A DNA stretch of 44,857 bases from Betaproteobacteria bacterium (GTDB taxonomy: Bacteria; Pseudomonadota; Gammaproteobacteria; Burkholderiales; SG8-41). This document shows positions 1-10,265 of the stretch, piece after piece. The stretch is from the NCBI GenBank assembly GCA_947465215.1, contig CANHZX010000003.1, positions 1-44,857 of the forward strand, read 5' to 3'. A program made the position numbers and the translations under genes. Positions within the stretch are counted from its first letter, which is position 1, and every line of letters begins with the position of its first letter. The notes under the pieces were generated by a model, which saw only the letters and a program-made list of their open reading frames with translations, was not told the origin of the DNA and ran no database searches.

Positions 1-37
1 AATACTTATATTGATGCGCGGCGGTTTGACGTCGGGC

Positions 38-1204
38 TCAGTAGGATTTGGGTAGTCCCAGCACCCGCTCGGCAATATGGCAGAGGATCAGTTGTGAACT
101 GACCGGTGCGATGCGTGGAATCATCGCTTCGCGGAAGTAACGCTCAACATGGAATTCTTTGGCATAGCCCATGCCGCCATGCGTCAGCACCGCGGTTTCG
201 CAGGCTTTGAATCCCGCTTCACCGGCAAAGTATTTCGCCGCATTGGCTTCTGCGCCGCAGGATTGTCCGGCGTCATACAGAGCTGCGGCGCGATAGGTCA
301 GCAGTGAGGCGGCCTCAAGTTCGATCCAGCGCTGTGCCAGCGGATGCTGGATCGACTGATTCTGTCCGATCGGCCGGTCAAACACGATGCGTTCCCCGGC
401 GTAGCGGGCGGCGCTTTGGAGCGCGACGCGTCCCAGGCCGACGGCTTCCGCCGCGACCAGGATGCGTTCGGGATTTAGCCCGTCGAGGATATAGCGGAAT
501 CCTTTGCCTTCTTCTCCGATGCGATCTGCGGCGGGTATTCTCATGCCGTCGATGAACACCTGGTTGGAATCAACGGCCTTGCGCCCCATTTTTTCGATGG
601 CACGTGCTTCAAAAGTCTTGCGGTCAATATCGGCATAAAACAGGGAGAGACCGTCGACCGGATTTCTTGTTTCTTCAATGGGCGTGGTCCGTGCCAGCAA
701 CAGAATCTTGTTGGCGACCTGGGCGGTTGAGATCCACACTTTCTGTCCAGAAATGACATAGTCATTGCCGTCGCGCACCGCTTTGGTGGTCAGCCTGGTG
801 GTGTTGAGTCCGGAGCCAGGTTCGGTGACACCGAAACAGGCTTTGTCCTTGCCTGCGATCAACGGCGGCAGCCAGCGCGCTTTTTGAGCGTCGGAGGCAT
901 AAACCACGACCGGATGCAGGCCAAAGATGTTCATGTGCACGGCGGATGCGCCGGAAAATCCGGCGCCGGAAGCGGCGATGGTTTCCATCATCAATGCTGC
1001 TTCGGTGATGCCGAGGCCGCTGCCGCCATGGGCTTCGGGCATCGCGATGCCCAGCCAGCCATCAGCAGCGATGGCGGCATGAAACTCGTGGGGGAATCCG
1101 CCGTCGCGGTCGTGATGGAGCCAGTAGTCGCCGCCAAAGCGGGCGCAGATGCGAGCAACGGCATCTCGTATCGCACGCTGCTCTTCGGAGAATTCGAAAT
1201 TCAT
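38..1204 (-). CDS. Acyl-CoA dehydrogenase family protein
   Basis: 388 aa; motifs FGVTEPGSG, GQKVWIS, GEEGKGF, THGGMGYAKEFHVERYFRE. Confidence 0.92.
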   Translation of the reverse strand: MNFEFSEEQRAIRDAVARICARFGGDYWLHHDRDGGFPHEFHAAIAADGWLGIAMPEAHGGSGLGITEAALMMETIAASGAGFSGASAVHMNIFGLHPVVVYASDAQKARWLPPLIAGKDKACFGVTEPGSGLNTTRLTTKAVRDGNDYVISGQKVWISTAQVANKILLLARTTPIEETRNPVDGLSLFYADIDRKTFEARAIEKMGRKAVDSNQVFIDGMRIPAADRIGEEGKGFRYILDGLNPERILVAAEAVGLGRVALQSAARYAGERIVFDRPIGQNQSIQHPLAQRWIELEAASLLTYRAAALYDAGQSCGAEANAAKYFAGEAGFKACETAVLTHGGMGYAKEFHVERYFREAMIPRIAPVSSQLILCHIAERVLGLPKSY

Positions 1205-1279
1205 GGAGAGAACGGATCTGACCGGATTGCCAGAACAGGCGGCACGCCGGGTTTCGATGAACCCGGCGTTACCGGTCTT

Positions 1280-1975
1280 TTAGCTGCGCATCTTAGGCGG
1301 AATGACGCAGCCTTTTTCGCGCAGGGTTTCGTCAACCCAGCTGCGATCCAGTTTTCCCTTGCCGCGGATGGTTTTGAGCATCGCGGCTTCTTTTTTGGCC
1401 TGGATCTGGGCCAGTTCAATGGTTTCGTTAGCCAAGGCCTGGGGCAGGGCAAGAAGTCCGTCGTCGTCACCGATGATGATGTCGCCGGGGTTGATCACGG
1501 CATCGCCGATGACTACAGGGACATTGATTTCGCCGGGGCCGTTTTTGTAGGGGCCACGGTGGGTGACGCCGCGTGCATAGACTGGAAAGGGCGATATCGC
1601 CAGCGCATCGGCGTCGCGGATGGCGCCGTCGATGACCATCCCGGCGGCGCCGCGGCGTTCGGCGATGGCCGACATGATTTCTCCGATGATGGCCTGAGTG
1701 CAAATGCCGCCGGCATCAACGACGATGACATCGCCGGGCCTGGCGATGTCGATGGCTTTGTGCACCATCAGGTTGTCGCCGGGGCTGACTTTCACGGTCA
1801 GGGCTGTGCCGACCATGCGGCCGCCGCTATGGCAGGGCCACAGATCCGGGCCGATGGCATGTAGCCGGTTCATGTTGTCGCTGAGGTGCGCCGTGGCAAT
1901 CTTGCGCAGAGTAGCGATGGTTTTGGCCGAGGGTTGCGGGGCAAAGGGAAGGATGCGAAAGCCGATGGGCGCCAT
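1280..1975 (-). CDS. RraA family / 4-hydroxy-4-methyl-2-oxoglutarate aldolase-like protein
   Basis: 231 aa; GTALTVKV-PGDNL, PGDVIVVDAGG, GMVIDGAIRD, PGDIIIGDDDG. Confidence 0.88.
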   Translation of the reverse strand: MAPIGFRILPFAPQPSAKTIATLRKIATAHLSDNMNRLHAIGPDLWPCHSGGRMVGTALTVKVSPGDNLMVHKAIDIARPGDVIVVDAGGICTQAIIGEIMSAIAERRGAAGMVIDGAIRDADALAISPFPVYARGVTHRGPYKNGPGEINVPVVIGDAVINPGDIIIGDDDGLLALPQALANETIELAQIQAKKEAAMLKTIRGKGKLDRSWVDETLREKGCVIPPKMRS

Positions 1976-2042
1976 GATCAGGTCACTGGGTGAATTAAGG
2001 AGGCGCTATCGTAGCATTGGCGCCGGGTATTGCAGGAGCGCG

Positions 2043-2051
2043 TGCTAAAAT
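2043..2051 (+). promoter_or_regulatory. Putative extended -10 promoter (TGcTAAAAT) for surE-pcm-nlpD
   Basis: TGnTAAAAT about 85 nt upstream of the surE GTG; no good -35. Confidence 0.4.
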
Positions 2052-2135
2052 CGGCAGGCATATCTAGGGACATGATTGACAAGACTCCGCCAGACAGGCG
2101 GGGCGCAGTAAACATCCGAAACGGCATAAATCAGC

Positions 2136-2891
2136 GTGCGCATTCTGCTCAGTAACGACGACGGTTATTTTGCACCGGGCCTCGCCGCCTTGGAGCGGGC
2201 GCTCTCGCCGCTGGGCCAGGTGACCGTCGTGGCGCCGGAGCGCGACCGCAGCGGCGCGAGCAACTCCCTGACCCTGGACCGGCCGCTGTCGGTGCGTCAG
2301 GCACCCAGCGGCTTCTACTATGTGAACGGCACACCAACGGACTGCGTGCATCTGGCCGTAACTGGTCTGCTGCCGGAACTGCCGGATGTCGTGGTATCCG
2401 GCGTCAATGCCGGCGCGAACATGGGGGATGACACGATTTACTCCGGTACGGTTGCTGCTGCGACCGAGGGCTTTCTGCTGGGTATTCCGTCTATTGCCGT
2501 TTCCCTGGTGTCTGGAGATCATGAACATTTCGAGACGGCGGCGCGTGTTGCCGCCGAGCTGGTGCTGCGTTTCAGCCAGCATCGCATCGATCAACCGATG
2601 CTGCTGAATGTCAATGTGCCAGATGTGGCCTATGATGCATTGCGCGGCAGCAAGGTTACCCGTCTGGGCAAGCGTCACAAGGCCGAGCCTGTCGTCAAGG
2701 CGACGAATCCGCGTGGGGATACGGTGTACTGGGTCGGTGCTGCCGGCCGCGCGCAGGACGCCGGTGAAGGTACTGATTTCCACGCGACAGCAGCGCAGAT
2801 GGTTTCGATCACCCCGCTGCAGATGGATCTGACCCGATTTGGCCAGATGGAAGTCGTCGGCAACTGGCTGCAACGCCCGGTCTCGGCATGA
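2136..2891 (+). CDS. surE: 5'/3'-nucleotidase SurE
   Basis: [40 protein letters not shown]; GTG start; synteny with pcm and nlpD. Confidence 0.97.
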   Translation: MRILLSNDDGYFAPGLAALERALSPLGQVTVVAPERDRSGASNSLTLDRPLSVRQAPSGFYYVNGTPTDCVHLAVTGLLPELPDVVVSGVNAGANMGDDTIYSGTVAAATEGFLLGIPSIAVSLVSGDHEHFETAARVAAELVLRFSQHRIDQPMLLNVNVPDVAYDALRGSKVTRLGKRHKAEPVVKATNPRGDTVYWVGAAGRAQDAGEGTDFHATAAQMVSITPLQMDLTRFGQMEVVGNWLQRPVSA

Positions 2892-3550
2892 ACGCAGCAC
2901 ACTCAGGCATCGGCATGACCTCCCAGCGCACGCGCATGCGCATGGTGGAGCGTTTGCGCAAAGAAGGCATTACCGACGAAGTGATTCTGGCGGCTATGGG
3001 TGAAGTGCCTCGGCATATTTTTGTCGATGAGGCGCTGGCGAGCAGGGCCTATGAAGATATGGCTCTGCCACTGGGTTTTGGACAGACGATTTCCAGCCCC
3101 TACACCGTGGCGCGCATGCTGGAGCTTCTGCGTAGCGGCGGCGGTGCGCTCGACAAGGTGCTCGAGATCGGCACCGGTTGCGGCTACCAGGCCGCGGTGC
3201 TGTCGCGGCTGGCTCGCGAAGTGTATTCACTGGAGCGTCTCGCACCACTGCTGACCAAGGCGCGCCGGCATCTGCGCGATGCCCGGGCGCACAACGTACG
3301 CGTGCGCACAGCCGACGGACAACTGGGCTGGCCTGAGAATTCGCCTTTCGACGGTATTGTGGTGGCGGCGGCGGCAACCCATGTGCCGCAGGCCTTGCTC
3401 GATCAACTGGCGGTGGGTGGTAAAATCATCATTCCTTTGACCCACCAGGGCAAACAGTCTTTGCATGTCATCGAACGCACAGCGCAGAGCTATGTCGACC
3501 GCAAAGTCGAAGATGCTCTTTTTGTCCCCTTGCTGCCCGGCCTCGGCTGA
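2888..3550 (+). CDS. pcm: Protein-L-isoaspartate O-methyltransferase
   Basis: [30 protein letters not shown]; ATGA overlap with surE. Confidence 0.96.
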   Translation: MNAAHSGIGMTSQRTRMRMVERLRKEGITDEVILAAMGEVPRHIFVDEALASRAYEDMALPLGFGQTISSPYTVARMLELLRSGGGALDKVLEIGTGCGYQAAVLSRLAREVYSLERLAPLLTKARRHLRDARAHNVRVRTADGQLGWPENSPFDGIVVAAAATHVPQALLDQLAVGGKIIIPLTHQGKQSLHVIERTAQSYVDRKVEDALFVPLLPGLG

Positions 3551-3557
3551 ACGCGCA

Positions 3558-4502
3558 GTGACTCCGATTGTCGCCGCTGTCGGCGTGCGGTGGGCAGTTT
3601 CAATGGCGATGGTGGCCGCGGTTTCGTTGCTGGCCGGCTGTGCTACGCCCCGGCCGGCGCCGGTCGTTGACCGCCTGCCCCAAAGCAGTGCGAGCAAACC
3701 GCAACCCAAACCGGCACCCGTTGTACGTGCAGTGCAACCGGTCGATCAGCCGCGTCCCGAGAGTTATACCGTGAAAGCGGGCGATACCCTCTACGCCATC
3801 GCGCTGGAATTTGGTCTTGATTACCGTGAACTCGCCGGGTGGAACAATATTGACCCTTCGCGCATCCGCGTCGGTCAGCAATTACGGTTGTCGCCGCCGA
3901 AAGGCGCCGTGGCGACGCCATTGCGTACGCCGGGCGGCGCGGTGGAGTCGCAGCCGCTGGAAGGTTCAGGAAAAGCTACAGCCGGCGGCGCCCGCACTGA
4001 GCCGCGCGGCGTACGTGTGCCGTATTCGGATCAGGCCTACACGCAGATGTCCGGCGTCAAGCCCGAACCTGCGGCTGCCGTCAAACCCGAACCGCAGCCG
4101 CAGCCTGAGAGCAAACCTGCCGTAGCAGTCAGTGACGATGTGGAGTGGATCTGGCCGGTCAGTGGCAAGGTGGTCACACCGTTCAATGAAACTTCCAGCA
4201 AGGGCATCGGCATCGCCGGCAAGGCGGGGCAGCCGGTGGTGGCTGCAGGACCGGGGCGCGTCATTTTCAGCGGTACCGGTATTCGCGGTCTCGGCAAGCT
4301 GATCGTGATCAAACACAATGAGAAATTCCTCAGCGTGTATGCGCACAACCGCGAGCTGCTGGTGAAGGAAGGTCAGACGGTGACGCGCGGTCAGCGCATT
4401 GCGGAGATGGGCGATACCGACACCGACCAAGTCAAACTGCATTTCGAGATCCGCCGTCTCGGCAAGCCGATCGATCCAGCAACCCTGCTACCACCCACAT
4501 AA
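3558..4502 (+). CDS. nlpD: LysM/M23 peptidase-domain lipoprotein NlpD (start uncertain: GTG 3558 or ATG 3603)
   Basis: Lipobox LLAGC, LysM (YTVKAGDTLYAIA), M23 domain (WIWP...YAHN...LHFEIR); follows surE-pcm. Confidence 0.9.
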   Translation: MTPIVAAVGVRWAVSMAMVAAVSLLAGCATPRPAPVVDRLPQSSASKPQPKPAPVVRAVQPVDQPRPESYTVKAGDTLYAIALEFGLDYRELAGWNNIDPSRIRVGQQLRLSPPKGAVATPLRTPGGAVESQPLEGSGKATAGGARTEPRGVRVPYSDQAYTQMSGVKPEPAAAVKPEPQPQPESKPAVAVSDDVEWIWPVSGKVVTPFNETSSKGIGIAGKAGQPVVAAGPGRVIFSGTGIRGLGKLIVIKHNEKFLSVYAHNRELLVKEGQTVTRGQRIAEMGDTDTDQVKLHFEIRRLGKPIDPATLLPPT

Positions 4503-4507
4503 CTATT

Positions 4508-4533
4508 CAAGTATTTGTTTTTATTGATTATTT
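4508..4533. promoter_or_regulatory. AT-rich IHF-like element filling the convergent nlpD/transglutaminase junction
   Basis: CAAGTATTTGTTTTTATTGATTATTT; reverse complement resembles the IHF consensus WATCAANNNNTTR (AACAA variant). Confidence 0.55.
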
Positions 4534-6503
4534 TATACCGCGAAGCGACTGACGCTGCGTTCCAACTCACGCGCATCCTGCTCTGACGCCCCGGTGCCGT
4601 AACGTAGTGTCACGTAACGCTGCGTGATGGTTTCAATTGCCGGTGCTGCTTCCGGTTTCCACTGCGATGCACGTCGCGCATAAACCAGCGGCCCCTCTGA
4701 CGGATGGCGGGGCAGACCGCCACGCGCCAGCTTGCGGCAGAAACGATCGTAGGCGGCCCTGACGATATCGTTACGGGCGCCGCGCAGGTCACGGAAAGCG
4801 AACAGCGCACCGGTCAGCACAGCCAATCCGGCAAATACAAACAGCAGGACCGCGAGTTTCTGCCAGGTGGCATCGCTGAAGCCGAGGTTAGCGAGGAACT
4901 GTCGTTGACGTTCGGGGTTGTATCCCAGTACCCACTGGTTCCAAGTGTAGGTTACCGAATCCCATGTAAGGCGCATGCGCTGCAGCAACTCAAAATCGCC
5001 GCGCACAAACATCGGCAGCTCATCGCTGCGCGGCAGTGCTGAAGCGATGCCGCGTTCCACACGCGCCGGTGATACTGCGGCCGTCGGGTCGACGCGGATC
5101 CAGCCTGTTCCTGCAATCCAGACTTCAGTCCAGGCGTGGGCATCGGCCTGACGGATCAGGATGTAGTCGCTGACGGGATTGACCTGGCCGCCCTGGTAAC
5201 CGGTGACTACCCTTGCCGGTATGCCCGCAGCGCGCATCAGTACCGTGAAGGCGGATGCATAGTGTTCGCAGAAGCCACGCCGGGTATCAAACAGGAACTC
5301 ATCGACAGCATGTTCGCCGAGCAGCGGCGGCGACAGCGTATAGACGAAGTTTTCATTGCGGAAGTCATTGAGCACGGCATCGATCAGTTGCCGGTTGTCG
5401 CGGTATTTCTGCCTCAGCTGCTGTGCATGTTTCAGAGCGCGCGGATTGAAGCCTTGCGGCAACTGCAGGGCCCTGTTCAGCACGTTTTCGCTGTCGTCGG
5501 CGCCATAAGTTGCCTGCAGCTGTGAAGTCATGTTGTAACGCATGCGGCTGCGCACCGGTGTTGTGCTCAGCAGCTGCATGTCGCGGGTGGCCACGGCACG
5601 CGGCGGCCGCTGCATCGGCATTTCCAGCGCAAAAAGCCAGCGCTTGTTGTGCGGTTCCACGGTCACGGTATATTCGACGACCGGTTCGCCCGCAGGCAGA
5701 TCAGTGGCGTTAAACACGAATCGCGGTGCTGTCCATGTTCTGCCGTCGTAATCCCACAGTACCGGTCCGCGCCAGTACAGGGCCGAAGCTTCGGGGATGC
5801 GGCCGCGGAATTCGGCGCGGAAGGCTACGGCGTCCGACAGGATCAGACTGTTGAGGCTGCCGGGACTCATGTTGTCGGACAGGCCGCTCAAGCCGGCATG
5901 CGAATCCTGCGGGAGTCCCCACAACGGGCCTTGGATGCGCGGAAAGAGCAGGAACAACACCAGCATCAGCGGCAGGGCCTGAACCAGCAGCAGCGCCGCT
6001 CGGCGCGCCGGCTGACGCCATCCCGGCCATGTGCCGGTGAACTGCATGCCGATCAGTACCACGATCAGCAGCCAGGCGCAGCCGAGCATATACAGAGCAG
6101 TGGTGATGGTCTGTGAAAACAGGAAGTTGGTGACGAGCAGGAAAAAACCGAGAAAACCGAGCAGGATGCCATCGCGCAGGGTTCTGGTTTCAAGCAGTTT
6201 GAGCGCCAACATGACCACGAGCAGGGCGACGCCGGCATCTCGTCCGAGCAGTGTGCGGTATTCGATCAGGATGCCGCCGGCGGCGGCAAAAGCCACCAGG
6301 CCCAGCAGCCATTTGCCTGGGGAAGTCAGGTTGCGGTGGGCCAGATATAGCCGCCAGAACACAACGACAGAGATCAGTGCACCCAGCCAAAGGGGCAGTC
6401 GCAGCAGATGCGCCGCCGAAGCCAGCATGAACCCTGCAGCAAGACCGTAGGCCTCGCGCGCAACGATGGGGCGCTCATTAAGCGTGATCGGTCGCTGTGC
6501 CAT
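4533..6503 (-). CDS. Membrane transglutaminase-like protein (DUF3488 + transglutaminase core, TgpA-like)
   Basis: Multi-TM N-terminus; catalytic triad motifs GFCEHYA, AHAWTEV, RVDPT. Confidence 0.92.
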   Translation of the reverse strand: MAQRPITLNERPIVAREAYGLAAGFMLASAAHLLRLPLWLGALISVVVFWRLYLAHRNLTSPGKWLLGLVAFAAAGGILIEYRTLLGRDAGVALLVVMLALKLLETRTLRDGILLGFLGFFLLVTNFLFSQTITTALYMLGCAWLLIVVLIGMQFTGTWPGWRQPARRAALLLVQALPLMLVLFLLFPRIQGPLWGLPQDSHAGLSGLSDNMSPGSLNSLILSDAVAFRAEFRGRIPEASALYWRGPVLWDYDGRTWTAPRFVFNATDLPAGEPVVEYTVTVEPHNKRWLFALEMPMQRPPRAVATRDMQLLSTTPVRSRMRYNMTSQLQATYGADDSENVLNRALQLPQGFNPRALKHAQQLRQKYRDNRQLIDAVLNDFRNENFVYTLSPPLLGEHAVDEFLFDTRRGFCEHYASAFTVLMRAAGIPARVVTGYQGGQVNPVSDYILIRQADAHAWTEVWIAGTGWIRVDPTAAVSPARVERGIASALPRSDELPMFVRGDFELLQRMRLTWDSVTYTWNQWVLGYNPERQRQFLANLGFSDATWQKLAVLLFVFAGLAVLTGALFAFRDLRGARNDIVRAAYDRFCRKLARGGLPRHPSEGPLVYARRASQWKPEAAPAIETITQRYVTLRYGTGASEQDARELERSVSRFAV

Positions 6504-7446
6504 GGAGTGCCAGTGCGCGCAGACATTCGGCGCGATGCGAAGGGCCGCCAGCCAGAGGCAGCGTGGCGCTGGGTAGACGCAATCCGTAAGTCATGCCACA
6601 GGCGTCCGCTTCAAGAACCCAGCGGGTCAGATGGGAAAGACGCTGTTCAATAGTCATTTGTAAAGGCAAGGTATCCCAGGACAGCCAAAGTTCGGCATCC
6701 GCACGACCAGCAAACTGTTTGGTCAGCAGAGTGTCATCGCGGGCAACGGCTTTCCAAGCGATGTGGCGGGGCGAATCACCGGGGCGATAGCTGCGCAATC
6801 CGGAGAATTCGTCCTGCCCTTGGCCGGCCAGACCGCCTTCTCCTTCTCCGGCGATCAGTGCCGGCAGTGGCAGGCCGGGGTTTGCCGGTGCGGGGTAAAC
6901 CAGGCAGGACACATCGGGTTCGGCGTAGGACCAGGCCCGGAAAAGTCCGACCGGGAATCGGGTAAACAAGGTCATCCGCCCCGGCCGTAACCAGCCGCGT
7001 TGCAAGGCCGGAACCGGCACTTGTGCGACAACTGTGCTGTCGGCCGGCACATCGATGTAATCCGCGGTGACTTTGTTGCCGGTCACGCCGATGCTGTAGC
7101 GGTCGGCGCGGGTGGTGTTCTGGATATTCAATTGAAATTGCGCGGGTTCGCCAACAAACACCGGTTGCACCCGACCTGCGGTAATCCGCAGATGTGCCAG
7201 ATTGCGGAAGGTGTGCAGCATGGTTTGGATGCCGGCAGCACCCAGCAAAAAGGCAAGGATGAAGCCCAGCGACAGGTCATAGTTGACCGAGCCGGTAAGC
7301 ATCAGCAGGATGACGCCCGCAAACAGCAGCCCCTGTCGCGTCGGCAGGATGAACACCCGTCGTTGAACCAGTACGATGGTTCCGCGTTCAGGGCCACGCC
7401 ACTGAAACAGCCAGCGGGATGCGCTGTTTTTGAGCGGTTGATACAT
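6478..7446 (-). CDS. DUF58 domain-containing protein
   Basis: EFSGLRSYRPGDSPRHIAWK; lies between moxR and the transglutaminase gene. Confidence 0.92.
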   Translation of the reverse strand: MYQPLKNSASRWLFQWRGPERGTIVLVQRRVFILPTRQGLLFAGVILLMLTGSVNYDLSLGFILAFLLGAAGIQTMLHTFRNLAHLRITAGRVQPVFVGEPAQFQLNIQNTTRADRYSIGVTGNKVTADYIDVPADSTVVAQVPVPALQRGWLRPGRMTLFTRFPVGLFRAWSYAEPDVSCLVYPAPANPGLPLPALIAGEGEGGLAGQGQDEFSGLRSYRPGDSPRHIAWKAVARDDTLLTKQFAGRADAELWLSWDTLPLQMTIEQRLSHLTRWVLEADACGMTYGLRLPSATLPLAGGPSHRAECLRALALHGTATDHA

Positions 7447-7478
7447 GAGACGGCGCGCCGGAGTTTAGCGAATCGCGA

Positions 7479-8399
7479 TCAGGGAATTGCAACCTGCTGC
7501 AGCAGCTGTTCCGCCAGTTGTGCACCCGAAGCGTTGCTGCTGTTGCTGCCCGCAGCGGCCAGCCGATGAGCGACAACTGCAGGCATCACTGCCTGCAGGT
7601 CTTCAGGCAAGACCATCTTCCTTCCGTCCATATAGGCCCAGGCACGGGCGCCTTGCAGTAGTGCCAGACCTGCGCGCGGTGAAAGTCCGTGGGCAAACTC
7701 GGGAGACTGGCGGGTGTGATTGAGAAGGGCCTGCAGGTAATCCAGCAGGGCGGGGGAGGCATGTACTTCCTGCACTTCGCGTTGCATCTGCGCGAGGTCA
7801 TCGGGACCGATATGCGGCTTCAAGCCGGCGAGCAGTGCGCGACGGTCACTGCCATTTAGCAGCGCACGTTCTGCCTGCGCATCGGGATAACCGAGCTCCA
7901 GGCGCATCAGAAAGCGATCGAGCTGAGATTCGGGTAGAGGAAAGGTGCCGATCTGATGCGAGGGATTCTGCGTGGCAATGACAAAAAACGGTTGCGGCAG
8001 GGGGCGGGTCTCGCCTTCGGTGGTCACCTGATTTTCTTCCATGGCTTCCAGCAGTGCGCTCTGGGCGCGCGGCGTCGCGCGGTTGACTTCATCCGCGAGC
8101 ACAACATTGGTGAACACCGGTCCGGGATGGAATTCGAACCGACCGCTGTCGCGGTTGTAGACCGACACACCGAGGATGTCGGCGGGCAGCAGGTCGCTGG
8201 TGAACTGGATGCGCTGGAATTTCAGGCCGAGACAGGTGGCAATGGCGTGCGCGAGAGTTGTTTTGCCGACGCCAGGGACGTCTTCAATCAGCAAGTGGCC
8301 GCGTGCCAGCAGGCAGGCGACGGCCAGACGTATCTGCCGGTTTTTCCCGAGGATGATGCTGTTAATTTGATCCGTAATGGCGTTTATTGATGTGTGCAT
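7479..8399 (-). CDS. moxR: MoxR family AAA+ ATPase
   Basis: HLLIEDVPGVGKT, RIQFTSDLLPAD, LADEVNRA, ATQNP, PESQLDRF; start set at MHTSINAI (8432 is the longest alternative). Confidence 0.93.
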   Translation of the reverse strand: MHTSINAITDQINSIILGKNRQIRLAVACLLARGHLLIEDVPGVGKTTLAHAIATCLGLKFQRIQFTSDLLPADILGVSVYNRDSGRFEFHPGPVFTNVVLADEVNRATPRAQSALLEAMEENQVTTEGETRPLPQPFFVIATQNPSHQIGTFPLPESQLDRFLMRLELGYPDAQAERALLNGSDRRALLAGLKPHIGPDDLAQMQREVQEVHASPALLDYLQALLNHTRQSPEFAHGLSPRAGLALLQGARAWAYMDGRKMVLPEDLQAVMPAVVAHRLAAAGSNSSNASGAQLAEQLLQQVAIP

Positions 8400-8506
8400 G
8401 AGTTTGTTCACTTTATTGATGATGCGAGTCATGCGATAAACGTTGTATCAAGGGATGAGGCCTGACACTGCTAACGCCTTGCAATACAATTTTATTCAAG
8501 GTTTTT

Positions 8507-8878
8507 TTAGGCAAGGATCAAGGCAGCCAGAACGTTTCGACCTTCCCCAACAAGAATATTGAAAGTCCTGCAGGCTGCCGGCGTATTCATGATTTCGAGG
8601 CCGACACCGGCTTCGATCAAAGGCCGCAGCTGTTCCGGTCGGGGAAAAATCTGCGAATTTCCGGTGCCGATGATGACGATGTCCGGCGATCCTGCCAGCA
8701 GCATGCCGGCGGCAACCGCACCTAAGTCGGGAACAGCAGTAACAGCCCAGGGCAGCGGCGGGGCGTCGGGGGTGACAATGAGGGGGTGTTCGTAACGGGT
8801 GCCGTTGACGGACAGGTAACCAAGCCCGTATCCGGTCAGTGTGTAGCCGTTCCTGGGGTTCGCCAGATGCAGTTTCAT
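8507..8878 (-). CDS. Mth938-like (DUF498) protein
   Basis: IIGTG...[20 protein letters not shown]; divergent from alaC. Confidence 0.88.
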   Translation of the reverse strand: MKLHLANPRNGYTLTGYGLGYLSVNGTRYEHPLIVTPDAPPLPWAVTAVPDLGAVAAGMLLAGSPDIVIIGTGNSQIFPRPEQLRPLIEAGVGLEIMNTPAACRTFNILVGEGRNVLAALILA

Positions 8879-8888
8879 GGCCTAATCT

Positions 8889-8917
8889 TTGCCGGGAGTG
8901 GCCCGCTTCGTTACAAT
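8889..8917 (+). promoter_or_regulatory. Putative sigma70 promoter of alaC-hom-thrC
   Basis: TTGCCG (8889-8894), 17 nt, TACAAT (8912-8917). Confidence 0.6.
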
Positions 8918-9046
8918 TATACGTTTTCCGCCCTGAATTCGTATTCCCGCTCGTCATTCCGCCGTGTCCGGAAGACAGCCGGAACAGCCAGGCGGCAGTT
9001 GAAAACGTTTTTTTCGCCACCCATTGCATCGCACCGAGACCGGCTC

Positions 9047-10231
9047 ATGGAAGAGTTTTCGCGCATCAAACGCCTGCCCCCTTACGTTTTTAACGTGACC
9101 GGGGAGCTGAAGCTGGCAGCCCGCCGGCGGGGTGAAGACATTATCGATTTCAGCATGGGCAACCCCGACCAGCCGACGCCGCGCCATATCGTCGACAAGC
9201 TGATCGAGTCGGTGCAGCGCACCGATACCCATGGTTATTCGGTATCAAAGGGCATTACCCGGCTGCGCAAGGCGATCTGCAACTGGTACAAAACCCGTTA
9301 CGACGTTGATCTCGATCCAGAATCCGAAGCCATTGTTACCATCGGCTCGAAAGAGGGCATTGCGCACTTGGCGCTGGCGACTTTGGACCGCGGCGACATC
9401 GTGCTGGTTCCGAATCCGAGTTATCCGATCCACATTTACGGGCCGGTCATTGCCGGTGCTGACATCCGCCATGTACCGATGCATGCCGGCGTGGATTTTT
9501 TCGCGGAGCTGGAGCAGTCGATCCGCGATAGCTATCCCAAGCCCAAGATGCTGATCGTCAATTTCCCGAGCAATCCGACGACGCAGTGCGTGGATCTGGC
9601 ATTTTTCGAGCGCCTGATCGCGATCGCCAAGGAACATGACATTTATGTTGTGCACGATCTGGCTTACGCCGACATCGTGTTCGACGGCTACAAGGCACCG
9701 TCCATCCTGCAGGTGCCGGGTGCGCGGGACGTTGCCGTTGAGTTTTTTACGATGTCGAAGAGCTACAACATGGCGGGCTGGCGCGTCGGTTTCATGGTCG
9801 GCAACCGTGATCTGGTCACTGCGCTGGCGCGGATGAAGAGCTATCACGATTACGGCACGTTCACGCCAATCCAGGTGGCTTCGATCATCGCGCTTGAAGG
9901 GCCGCAGGATTGCGTTGAGAACGTACGTCAGATCTATCAGGGGCGCCGTGATGTGCTGTGGTCCGGCATGAATGCGATGGGTTGGGAGGTCGACAAACCG
10001 CAGGCCACTATGTATATCTGGGCACCGATTCCGGAGCCGTACAAGGCGATGGGTTCGCTGGAGTTTTCGAAAAAACTGCTGCTCGACGGCAAGGTGGCTG
10101 TTGCACCGGGCACCGGCTTCGGCCATTACGGTGATGGCCATGTGCGTTTCGCGCTGATCGAGAACGAAGCGCGGACCCGTCAGGCAATCCGCACCATCAA
10201 GGAAATGTTCCGCAAGGACGGGCTGCTGTAA
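9047..10231 (+). CDS. alaC: PLP-dependent alanine transaminase (class I aminotransferase)
   Basis: True start [15 protein letters not shown]; [25 protein letters not shown]; the upstream ORF extension overlaps the divergent gene and is unlikely. Confidence 0.9.
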   Translation: MEEFSRIKRLPPYVFNVTGELKLAARRRGEDIIDFSMGNPDQPTPRHIVDKLIESVQRTDTHGYSVSKGITRLRKAICNWYKTRYDVDLDPESEAIVTIGSKEGIAHLALATLDRGDIVLVPNPSYPIHIYGPVIAGADIRHVPMHAGVDFFAELEQSIRDSYPKPKMLIVNFPSNPTTQCVDLAFFERLIAIAKEHDIYVVHDLAYADIVFDGYKAPSILQVPGARDVAVEFFTMSKSYNMAGWRVGFMVGNRDLVTALARMKSYHDYGTFTPIQVASIIALEGPQDCVENVRQIYQGRRDVLWSGMNAMGWEVDKPQATMYIWAPIPEPYKAMGSLEFSKKLLLDGKVAVAPGTGFGHYGDGHVRFALIENEARTRQAIRTIKEMFRKDGLL

Positions 10232-10265
10232 GCAGCCGCAAGAACCAGGAAAGAAACGCAAAACA

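Noticed and set aside
8786-9046. N-terminal extensions in the ORF track (alaC; also nadC, nlpD, TauD-like, PaaI, lipocalin, rimP, trpS)
   Set aside because: They overlap neighbouring genes or promoters, and family-like sequence begins at the downstream starts used here
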